Shown: piece after piece, positions 12,201 to 20,300 of the stretch
How positions within the stretch are numbered: the first letter of the stretch is position 1
Layout: every line of letters begins with the position of its first letter
NCBI GenBank assembly: GCA_002269645.1
Contig: NIVC01003831.1
Coordinates: 1 to 64,000 of the forward strand
From: Macrostomum lignano
Taxonomy: Eukaryota
Length of the DNA stretch: 64,000 nucleotides
Direction: 5' to 3'
Position numbers and translations under genes: made by a program
The notes under the pieces: generated by a model
Databases searched by the model: none
Told to the model about the DNA's origin: nothing
The model's input: only the letters and a program-made list of their open reading frames with translations

Positions 12201-15200
12201 GCCAATACTGTATGCAGGCACGCACTCATACACACACTTGCACAAGGGTGTACACAGACCCTAGCTTTCTAATCAATCTGGCATGCACACTTTCGGTGCC
12301 TGGGGAGTTGGCTCTCATAAGTGTGAAGCGCACGACCACCTCCGGTCAATGTTTCGTTCACAAGCCTTGAGTCGAACCAGGAGTTTTGGCGCTGTATTGC
12401 AATCGTTACTCTCTGAGTAAGGGGTGTTAGACGCGCCGGAGGGTGCCGCTGTACATATCGCTGTACTTTGGCGGGGGGTTGAGGTGTGGGGGTTGGCCAC
12501 GCCAGCCAGCTTAAAGCCTCTGCACCCGGCCCGGCTTGGCTCCGCCGCCATTTCTCAATTTTTTTGCTCAGCCACCGCCATGAGTGCCAGCCCAAAGCGA
12601 CTAACCGTGCGCCAACTCAAGGCTGAGCTGCGAAACAGAGGCCTGCCTACTACGGGCCGCAAACAACAGCTTGCCAAGCGCTTGTCTACTGCACTCGGTT
12701 TAGAGCAAGCTGACGAAGACTTCAACAACTCCGAGATGACTTCTGCTCCGGACGCCGAAGACGGCATCGGCAGCGCGGGCGAGGCGCCTCCGGGGCGGGG
12801 AGCGACCGTCTGGCTGCGTTGCGGCAGGAGGTGGAGCTGCTCGAACTGCAAGTCCTGGAAGGCCGTCGTCGTGATCTTCAGCAACAGCTTCACACTCAGC
12901 AGCGCTTGACGGCTCAGCCCCAGCCAGCATCATCATCAGGTGAGCATAACGCACATGCCAGTCTGCAGTTGCCCGAGGTTTTTGAATCTGGGATGAGGGA
13001 GGCGGCTCAGCTTCAGGCCGCTAATTGCCAGGCTCCGACTCGCAAGTTGCATCTCGTCAGAGACCACATCAAGCTAGCCAGAGGATCCGGCTCAGCCAGT
13101 CAGGAGCAGTTGATCGCCACTATGGAGAATGGCTCGCTCACATTCAGAAAGCAGGAGCCGAAGCTGTCTAGTATCTCTGCTGGTCAGTGGATCGCGGCCA
13201 ACTCGATCATCTTGCAAAAGCTGATCAAGGAAAAACTCCCGGTGGCTGCTGGAAGCACTGATGGTCTCCTGACTGACGTCCTTGGCTACCTTGACTACAA
13301 TCGCAAGATCGGAGAGCTGCTGGCTGCTGACTACCCAGAGTCCGTAATCTGGGAGTTTGACGAGGACTACCGGAGGCTGGTGGCGGAGTCGGGCATGGCG
13401 TGGGGTGAGGAGCCCCCTCAGTTGTACCACAAGCACCTCAACGCCCCCAGAAACCTGCGGTTCACGTTCGCTAAGCAGCCCAGCCAGCAGCAAATCCCGG
13501 CAGCAACCAGGCCGATCTGTCTGCGCTTCAACTCCGAGTCCGGATGCAACCGCCAGAACTGCAAGTTCCGCCACGTCTGCAAAATCCAAGGCTGCCTGGC
13601 AGCGCACCCGGCTCATGCTCACACGCAGTCGCCGCAGTCATTTCTCACCGGACAGCTGCCGGGTCACGTGACTGGTGCAAGTGCAAAAAACTGATGCCAT
13701 TTTATCCAGCTGACTGCTCTGCTTTTAATTCCGATTTTTCTGCTTTTACTTCTTCGCTGCCCATCTCGTCTGACCTGCAACCTGACGCCTGGAGTGCTCT
13801 GCTCAGCGACGACCCAGACCGCGACTTTCTGATGCAAGGCGTCGTCAACGGTTTCGCTCTCACCAATGCTGGCCAGCCACCTTTGACTTCGTCCAAGAAC
13901 CACGCCTCCGCCCTGCTGCACCGCTCTGCTGTGGAAGCCCAGGTCGAGGAGGAGCTGCGCCTTGGGAGGTACATCCGGTGGAGCGGCCCGATCAAAATCA
14001 ACCCCATCGGTGCCCTTCCCAAGTCCGACGGGCGGGTCCGCCTGATCCATGACCTGTCCTATCCGACCGGCCAGTCTGTCAACGACTTCTACGACCAACA
14101 GAAGCACATCAAGTACTGCACTGTCCAGCAGCTGGTTCGTCATCTCCATCCGGGACACTACATGGCCAAAATTGATCTCAAAAGCGCCTACAGGTCCGTG
14201 CCAATCAGGCCTGCTGACTACCGGCTCGTCGGCCTCGCCTGGCGGTTTGACTCGGACAGCCAGGACAGTCTGCTCTGCGACACCAGGCTTCCCTTCGGCG
14301 CCAAAGCTGCTTGCGAAGTTTTTCACCGTCTTTCAGCCGCCGTTACCCGGCACATGCACCGGCTTGGCTTTTCTGCTACGGTGAACTACCTGGATGACTG
14401 GGCAGTCGCTGGGAAATCCGAGTCCGAGGCTTTCGCTGCTTTCAATTGCCTGCTGGACATCTTGCAGCGCCTCGGCTTTGCCATCAACTGGGACAAGGTT
14501 GTCAGACCTACGCAATGCATCGACTTCCTTGGCGTGCGCATCAACACCGCTACCGGCACCAAGTCGCTGCCCGAGGAGAAAGCTCTCGAGACGACAAAGC
14601 TGCTGACTCAAACCTGCTCGGAGACTCGGGTGCACATGCGCTCTGCTCAGAAGCTGATTGGCAAGCTTGGCTGGTTCTGTCAGATTGTCCCTCATGTCAG
14701 AGTCTTCCTGCGTCCGCTCTTCGACTGGCTGACAACTGCTGTTGACTGCAAGCTTTGGGTGACCGATGAGACCCGCGCCAACCTGTCCTGGTGGCTCAGA
14801 GCCCTGGCTTGGCTCCCCCCGGTGCCTTTGTGGCCGCGCTTTGATGAGGAGTTTGCCATGGAGACTGACAGCAGCCGGTCGGGCGCAGCCGCAGTCATCT
14901 GGGGTGCCGAGAGTTTCTGGAGTGTCATCGACTGGGAGCTGGACTGCGGTGGTGTGTTCAAGGATGTTCATATCAACTTCAAGGAGGCTCTGGCACCTTT
15001 GCTGATCATCCTGCACCGTCGCTCTCAGCTAAAGAACTGCAAGATTGTCATCTACACCGACAGCACCGCTGCGGCTGGCATGATCAATCGACTGAGCTGT
15101 CGTGACCCGCGGTTCCTGCAGGTGTACCAGACTGTGGCTCTGCTGTGCACCAGGAACAGCATCAGTTTGGAGGCCTTTCACCTTCCTGGTCGCATGCAGA

Positions 15201-17214
15201 TTTTTGCTGATGCCGCCTCCCGCATGTTTGCCTCGCAGTCTGAGCTCATTAACTTTTGCTGCCGCTACTACCGTACGCTCGTGATCTGCCCGCTTGAGTT
15301 CGCGTCGCACGCGCTCTCTGCCGCTTCCCAATCTCGCCTCCTTTTGCAGGTCGCCCTCGCCCTCCGGAGACGCCGCCCGCCCGCCGCGCTGTGTCTGCCA
15401 GACACCTGTGCCGCCTCGGCCTGGCGGAGAACTCCTGGCGATCCTACCTCAGCCAGCTGCGCTCCTGGGAAGCCTTCTGTGTTAGCGCAGGCCGCCCTTC
15501 ATCTCCAGCTGACGGTGACCTGCTCTGCCGCTACATTGCGCACCTGGTGAGCACCCGGCTCCGGTCTTTCTCTAGCCTCCGATCCTACATCCATGCCGTC
15601 TCTTTTCTGCACCAAGCCACCGGCGCCCCCGACCCAGCGAAAGACTTCACCGTGCAGCTGGCCCTTCGCGGCGCCAAACGTCATCTCGGCCTGCGATGCA
15701 AACAGGCGAAGCCGCTGACCATCGAGCACCTCAAGAGCATCCATCAGCAGCTCCCGCGCTCCATCTCAAGCGCAGATCTCAGGGCCGCCTTCTGGGCGGC
15801 TCTTCTGGTGGGCTGGTGGGGCATGTTGCGCCTTGGCGACTTCCTATCGACCCGCGGCAGCCGCTCTGTCTCACGGGCCTGCCTGTCGGCTTCACCTGGC
15901 TGCTGGAAGTTGACCCTCCCTAAGTCCAAGACCAACCAGTTCGGGTCGACGCCGCATGTCGTTCTTCTGCCACCTGTTCAAGAGTCACCGCTCTGCCCTG
16001 TGCGCGCTCTACTGTCTCACCTGCACCTGTCACCAGCCAGCGACCCAAGGGCGCCGTTCTTTGGCTACGGCCACGGAGGCGAGCTCTCAGCCAGCCAGTT
16101 CATCAGCTGTCTTCGTGCGTGTCTGGCTGCGTGCGGCCTTCCAGCTGCGGGTTTCTCCGGCCACAGCATCCGGCGTGGGGGTGCCAGCTTCTGCCATCAA
16201 ATCGGCTTGTCAGAATCAGACGTTCGGGCTCTTGGGGGCTGGAGATCGGACGCTGTTCTCCGCTACTTTTCTGCCAGCTCTGCCCTGTCGCGCCGCCAGC
16301 GCTCTGCTTCTTTCATGGCTTCGCAGCTGCAGGCTGCGTCCACCTGACTGCCTTCCCGCTTTTACTCCTTCCCTTCCCCATCATTGGGGTTGGGATCCGC
16401 TTTCTCGGCCGCTGCCTGCTTTTCGCAACTGACTTTGTCTCGTTTGGCTCCTTCCGGCGTGTTTAATGCAATCGTTACTCTCTGAGTAAGGGGTGTTAGA
16501 CGCGCCGGAGGGTGCCGCTGTACATATCGCTGTACTTTGGCGGGGGGTTGAGGTGTGGGGGTTGGCCACGCCAGCCAGCTTAAAGCCTCTGCACCCGGCC
16601 CGGCTTGGCTCCGCCGCCATTTCTCAATTTTTTTTATCTTCTTTTTACAAACCAGTAAATATTAACTCATTTAAACTAATAAATAAACGCTTCGCTTGAT
16701 CCACTGGGATCCGCTTTCTCGGCCGCTGCCTGCTTTTCGCAACTGACTTTGTCTCGTTTGGCTCCTTCCGGCGTGTTTAATCAGACGCAATTTATCGTTG
16801 AGCTGCTCTACCGAAGGATTTAGGCAAACTTTTGCTTTAACGAAACCGTTTTTAGATTCGGGCAATAGAAGGAGGGACTACCGTACGAGCTACCAATAGC
16901 CACTACTTAAAAAGAGACTAAACAATCAAACCCATAAAAATGCAATCAGCACTCACGGATGCAGGTCAGCGACGAGTTGCTCCACACTGGCACTGGTGGT
17001 GACGATTGGCAGACAATGGAAATGGGGGAAACTGGGGGCTTCATTGTCCGCGAATCAACGTAGCCACTAACGCACTGCATCAGCACTGAGTCGCCCAGCT
17101 GATAGTTGCTAAATGAACTATTGGTCAGTGTTTGCACTGATGAGCCGTTGTTTGACACTAGTTGGAAGATCTCTTTTGTTGGATCAAAGCTCAGCTGGGG
17201 GCACACTGTGCTGC
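172..17214 (-). CDS. Large multi-exon mosaic extracellular protein (Sushi/CCP-like x~6, WSC x5, C-type lectin x3, short fibrinogen-N-like modules); partial at both ends
   Basis: 20 phase-compatible GT-AG exons read by eye: 16957-17214, 11631-11927, 11211-11501, 10459-10755, 10080-10382, 9154-9373, 9001-9062, 8215-8562, 7269-7685, 6942-7121, 6531-6803, 5900-6217, 5180-5639, 4033-4424, 2775-3359, 2056-2361, 1649-1762, 1274-1444, 372-978, 172-290. Most junctions are phase 1; total about 6.0 kb. Cys spacing matches WSC, CTLD and CCP patterns. Confidence 0.8.
372..978 (-). CDS. Exon of mosaic gene: C-terminal half of a CTLD (WWLGLTD) plus a WSC domain; two apparent 1-nt frameshifts
   Basis: ttttag acceptor; GSYWLTNASHWWLGLTDPRG, then ORF 615-1019 frame, then ORF 328-618 frame (MTLSMCRYLC...CDLPCPGNEDQFCGS); G|GTGAGA donor at 372. 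Confidence 0.7.
1274..1444 (-). CDS. Exon of mosaic gene: N-terminal half of a C-type lectin domain
   Basis: TACSSGFAFNGSCYEFVSQLVPFEVAKNSCTVRGGHLASF; ttgcag acceptor and GTAAGT donor. Confidence 0.75.
1649..1762 (-). CDS. Exon of mosaic gene: short fibrinogen-N-like module
   Basis: ATSCLELFKRGIYRSGYYIVNDERQFCYL; tttttag acceptor and GTGAGT donor. Confidence 0.7.
2056..2361 (-). CDS. Exon of mosaic gene: WSC domain
   Basis: YYGCY...RQCLSVC...RCVC...CSSTCLGNRYQSCG. Confidence 0.75.
2775..3359 (-). CDS. Exon of mosaic gene: C-type lectin domain
   Basis: CDFGWFHVNGTCFQL...AKAFC...LAAP...FWVGVAD...CNEPLAGALCEK. Confidence 0.8.
4033..4424 (-). CDS. Exon of mosaic gene, domain unassigned
   Basis: ORF 4007-4453; phase-2 acceptor matches the previous donor, phase-1 donor GTACGA. 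Confidence 0.6.
5180..5639 (-). CDS. Exon of mosaic gene, domain unassigned (many N-x-S/T sequons)
   Basis: ORF 5176-5655; phase-compatible acceptor and GTAAGT donor. Confidence 0.6.
5900..6217 (-). CDS. Exon of mosaic gene: WSC domain
   Basis: FPGCHK...TLQECHQVC...NCTC...CMVKC...QFCAG. Confidence 0.75.
6531..7121 (-). CDS. Two exons (6942-7121, 6531-6803) forming a C-type lectin domain
   Basis: CPAGWIGYQGSCYLL...SWNDSVEYCASQNAVLW / WNIGLHSW...RSICVK. Confidence 0.75.
7269..7685 (-). CDS. Exon of mosaic gene: WSC domain plus fibrinogen-N-like module
   Basis: DGCYR...ACKAHC...QCTC...CNVSC...TCGG...YNVY, then PKTCYEY...PGKYLV...VYCYM. Confidence 0.75.
8215..8562 (-). CDS. Exon of mosaic gene: WSC domain
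   Basis: YYRGCF...NTVDSCRGEC...SCLC...NCMTQCSDGEYCGG...YSVF. Confidence 0.8.
8693..8947. mobile_element. Non-autonomous foldback-type DNA transposon (MITE) with long TIRs of ~16-bp subrepeats and 8-bp TSD
   Basis: Left end GGGGGCGCTTCATAAGACCTAAATTTCACAACGCC is inverted at the right end (...TAGGTCTTATGAAAGCGTCCC); GAACTAAC duplicated at 8685-8692 and 8948-8955. Confidence 0.85.
9001..11927 (-). CDS. Block of Sushi/CCP-like exons of the mosaic gene
   Basis: Four exons of about 300 bp plus a 220 bp and a 62 bp exon, with C...YG(S/A)xV..xC...(L/I)xC..xW...C pattern; junctions mostly phase 1. Confidence 0.7.
12398..12565 (+). repeat. Split direct repeat A1 (copy A2 at 16467-16634)
   Basis: TGCAATCGTTACTCTCTGAG...CATTTCTCAATTTTTTT, no differences seen by eye between the two copies. 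Confidence 0.95.
12580..13694 (+). CDS. Gag-like ORF1: N-terminal SAP domain, coiled-coil, C-terminal Cys/His knuckle; one frameshift near 12790
   Basis: ATG in GCCACCGCCATG context; LTVRQLKAELRNRGLPTTGRKQQLAKRL (SAP pattern); continues in ORF 12819-13694 ending ICLRFN...CNRQNCKFRHVC...C...H. Confidence 0.8.
13694..15550 (+). CDS. Reverse transcriptase plus RNase H (DIRS/Ngaro pol)
   Basis: PKSDGRVRLIHDLS, KIDLKSAYR, LPFG, YLDD, FLG; RNase H TDSS...E...TDS...ADAASR. Confidence 0.95.
   Translation: MPFYPADCSAFNSDFSAFTSSLPISSDLQPDAWSALLSDDPDRDFLMQGVVNGFALTNAGQPPLTSSKNHASALLHRSAVEAQVEEELRLGRYIRWSGPIKINPIGALPKSDGRVRLIHDLSYPTGQSVNDFYDQQKHIKYCTVQQLVRHLHPGHYMAKIDLKSAYRSVPIRPADYRLVGLAWRFDSDSQDSLLCDTRLPFGAKAACEVFHRLSAAVTRHMHRLGFSATVNYLDDWAVAGKSESEAFAAFNCLLDILQRLGFAINWDKVVRPTQCIDFLGVRINTATGTKSLPEEKALETTKLLTQTCSETRVHMRSAQKLIGKLGWFCQIVPHVRVFLRPLFDWLTTAVDCKLWVTDETRANLSWWLRALAWLPPVPLWPRFDEEFAMETDSSRSGAAAVIWGAESFWSVIDWELDCGGVFKDVHINFKEALAPLLIILHRRSQLKNCKIVIYTDSTAAAGMINRLSCRDPRFLQVYQTVALLCTRNSISLEAFHLPGRMQIFADAASRMFASQSELINFCCRYYRTLVICPLEFASHALSAASQSRLLLQVALALRRRRPPAALCLPDTCAASAWRRTPGDPTSASCAPGKPSVLAQAALHLQLTVTCSAATLRTW
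15350..16347 (+). CDS. Tyrosine recombinase (YR) of the retrotransposon
   Basis: SAM-like N-terminal region, then catalytic R (GMLR), K (KSKT), HxxR (GHSIRRG), W (GGW), Y (LRY). Frame is open from 15298 with no ATG before codon ~145; the start given is the candidate splice acceptor. Confidence 0.92.
16391..16781 (+). repeat. 3' terminal region B1-A2-spacer-B2
   Basis: 77-bp TGGGATCCGC...GTGTTTAAT at 16391-16467 and 16705-16781; AT-rich spacer with AATAAA at 16678 and 16682. Confidence 0.95.
16957..17214 (-). CDS. Sushi/CCP exon of the mosaic gene, upstream of the retrotransposon-containing intron
   Basis: VCPQL...YQLGDSVLMQCVSGY...IVCQ...VWSNSSLTCI; ttttag acceptor and GTGAGT donor. Confidence 0.75.
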
Positions 17215-18692
17215 CTAAAATTTTTTTATAGAAAGCATAATTTTTAGAGTCGCACATTAAACAGCGACTTCCATTCTATATTAGCTACTCTACCGGCTTA
17301 TTGGATGAGCAAGTCGTCATAGCGTAGCATTATAACTGGTCCATAATGCATTGCACTGCACTTCTCACAGGCTCCGTGTAGTTGAGTCATGAGTTTTTTT
17401 TTCAATTCACTATTGTCTCACCCTCAGTAGAATTCGTTGACTTCTCAAAATTTCTCAATATATAAGCGTATATCGATGGAGCTCGACGCATGGAGAGCTG
17501 AAGCACGAAAATAAGGACACTACACTCGGTTTTCTTACAAATCACCTGGAGGCCGGTAAGGAACTTGTGATTAATTTGTCGTATCGCCAGTGCATTCAAT
17601 ACCGGCCTCTTGATTATTTTTAAGAAATTCGAGTGCAGCACCCTTCCATTTCAGCTGTCCATGGCTTTAAGATGGTAAGGATTGCTTAAGACAGTAAGCA
17701 ATAAATCATTCAGTGGTTACTTGTACAGCTATGGAAAGGTTAGAACACGCGCTTAAACAAATAAAACTGCTTGATTCTTACCGTTCGCAGCTGATAGAAA
17801 AATAACAAAACAGATCCAGAAAAGAGCGGTAGGCTTCAACCGAATAGTTGACATGGCTCTCGCAAATACGATTCCTCCAGAGTTCATATGGTACTTTCTA
17901 TAATGCGTGTATAGTAGGAGTAGAAATCACGTTTGAGGTGCAAATAATTGCTCAAGACAACCACTCCATGTAGTGTCCTCTGTCTGTAGCTGAATTTCTA
18001 TAGCTGTAAAAATGAGATTTTAGTTTTTAAAGAGAAAATGTATTCTTTGCTGTATATAGCAGGCACTGAAATGCTATCGGAGGGACGGACTCCTAGCGTG
18101 GCTAGTGTTTTCAAGGCATAGCATTGCCATTAGCAACTACAAACTGCTTGCGCGGTCCTGATGTGAGGTCCTGATTGGCCAGCCAATCGATGGAGACGCA
18201 TCCGGTATTAGCTCAGCTTTGCGTAGCTACTCCCAAATGCTTATAGCAAACCTGCCATGCGATTTTGATGCGACGCTTCTCTGAATAGTTTGCAGCGCTT
18301 GAATAATTAAATAAGTGGAGTATGGAAGAGTTGCATAGCTTGCAGGCACTCAGCTGCACAATGGAGTCTCTTGGCTGTAAGATTTGCGCTTGTTTTAATG
18401 AACCGGCATTGTCACAGATGACGACATTTTTAAACTCCCGCATAAGTCTTTGGACTAGCACCAGCTGCGCCTCTCCGCATGCTGACTTGCCTACTCCAAA
18501 CATTGTTTTTTGCATTAATTGTCTTGCCGCTGAAAATTAATGAAAGAGCCCTTGGAATTCAGACAGACGTAGTGAAAACATAACGAATCTTCTGTGGGCG
18601 CTTCATCAATATGATACGAGCTAGAACGTAGCGGTGTGTTGTTTTTAGTAAGTTTTTGTTGTTTTCTTGCGCACGCATACCAAGGCTAAGGC

Positions 18693-19020
18693 CAGGGGTC
18701 GGCAAACTCCGACCCGTGGGTCAGCGAAGCCTTTCTGTTCGGGTCCAATTCCCTAGTCGCAATCCGGCCCGCTCAATGTTTATATCTCTTCTCAGCTCCC
18801 TTCCCTCTAGTCCCCACTCTCTTTCTTTTCTCTCCTCTTCTCTCCCTTCTCTCCTCTCCTTTCTTCTCTCCTCTATCCCCTCTCTTCTCCTCTTTCCTCT
18901 GTCCTTTGTCCTCTGTCCTCTGTTCTCTCTCCTCTCTGTCCTCTCCCTTCTCTTCTCTTCTTTCTTCTTGTCTTTCCTCTCTCCTCTTCTCTATTCCTTC
19001 TCCTCTCTCCCCTCCTGTGG
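18693..19020 (+). mobile_element. hAT-like MITE fragment with internal CT-rich simple repeat
   Basis: Starts CAGGGGTCGGCAAAC; shares CGGCCCGCTCAATGTT plus CT-rich tract with the copy at 36230-36967. Confidence 0.55.
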
Positions 19021-19759
19021 TCATGTGCTAGATGATCCATCCATCCATCCAGGTGAAAAACTTTACCGATCTTTGGCTTTGGCCATAAAACTGTAGAATG
19101 TGCGCTGATTGTGTAAACGCAGAAATGATTTGAATACAATTGGAGTAGTAAAATTTAACTTGATCAAAAATCGACAACACACAGAGCTTGATGTCTACGA
19201 GCTACATTTAGCAGGCAGGTCTGTATGGTAACAACTCTACTATTGCCAAAGCAGCTATTTTTAAATTTTGTAGGAAAATAGCTAAACTGCTAGCCAAAAA
19301 TTCTTATAGCAATCAGTTGTCTAGAACCATTTTTGTCTAGTAAATAAAAGATTCTGCAGCACAATGAACACTCAGACAGATGCTAGGAAGCAGCGCTCTG
19401 ACAGAGCTGGCAGCTTTATCAACAGTGAGTCTCTAAAGATTGGGTTGGCAAAATGCCTTCTCTCATTAAAGTATGATGAATGCGCGGCGCTGAAGCGACC
19501 GGCTGCTTAAAAGAGGATTTTCCGACCGATGAATTGTATACAGAAAGCTCAGCTTATGGAGACTGTGCCGAATATCTGATGAGAAGCCACTAATTGCCAC
19601 ACGTGGAAATGGCACTGTTTCACAACTGGTTTCTACATTGTCGATACTCTGAGTATTTAGGATAGATGAAGACTGGTCGCTGGAGTTTTAAAGTCAATTC
19701 GCGTTACGCTCGAAATCGTGCAAATTTCGTTGTAGCATCTCAACTTTTGAACTTTGGAA

Positions 19760-20300
19760 TTGAAGATCGAGCAGTTACGCATTTTATCTTAGATTTATTA
19801 ATGAGTTGAGCCACTCAAGTTTGAAAAGAGGACTATTGAAGGTCGAGCAGTTACGCATTTTATCTGAGATTGATTGAGGAGTTGAGCCTCTCAAGTTTGA
19901 AAAGAGGACTAGTGAAGATCGAGCAGTGACGCATTTTATCTGAGATTGATTGAGGAGTTGAGCCACTCAAGTTTGAAAAGAGGACTATTGAAGATCGAGC
20001 AGTGACGCATTTTATCTTAGATTTATTAATGAGTTGAGCCACTCAAGTTTGAAAAGAGGACTATTGAAGATCGAGCAGTTACGCATTTTATCTTAGATTT
20101 ATTAATGAGTTGAGCCACTCAAGTTTGAAAAGAGGACTATTGAAGATCGAGCAGTTACGCATTTTATCTTAGATTTATTAATGAGTTGAGCCACTCAAGT
20201 TTGAAAAGAGGACTATTGAAGATCGAGCAGTTACGCATTTTATCTTAGATTTATTAATGAGTTGAGCCACTCAAGTTTGAAAAGAGGACTATTGAAGATC
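19760..20300. repeat. Tandem repeat, 76-bp unit, about 7 copies
   Basis: GAAGATCGAGCAGTTACGCATTTTATCTTAGATTTATTAATGAGTTGAGCCACTCAAGTTTGAAAAGAGGACTATT repeated. Confidence 0.95.

Larger units (their letters stand above)
12398..16781 (+). mobile_element. Ngaro/PAT-type tyrosine-recombinase (DIRS-order) retrotransposon, full length
   Basis: gag, RT/RNaseH and YR ORFs; split direct repeats A1(12398-12565)...B1(16391-16467)-A2(16467-16634)...B2(16705-16781); no TSD. Confidence 0.95.

Noticed and set aside
13092-15016. Minus-strand ORFs of 176-227 aa inside the retrotransposon
   Set aside because: Antisense shadows of GC-rich gag/pol; no domain signatures.
18213-18515. 100-aa minus-strand ORF as an upstream exon of the mosaic gene
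   Set aside because: No recognisable domain and no convincing phase-compatible splice sites found by eye.
19760-20300. CRISPR-like array
   Set aside because: Pure tandem units without unique spacers; eukaryotic context, no cas genes.
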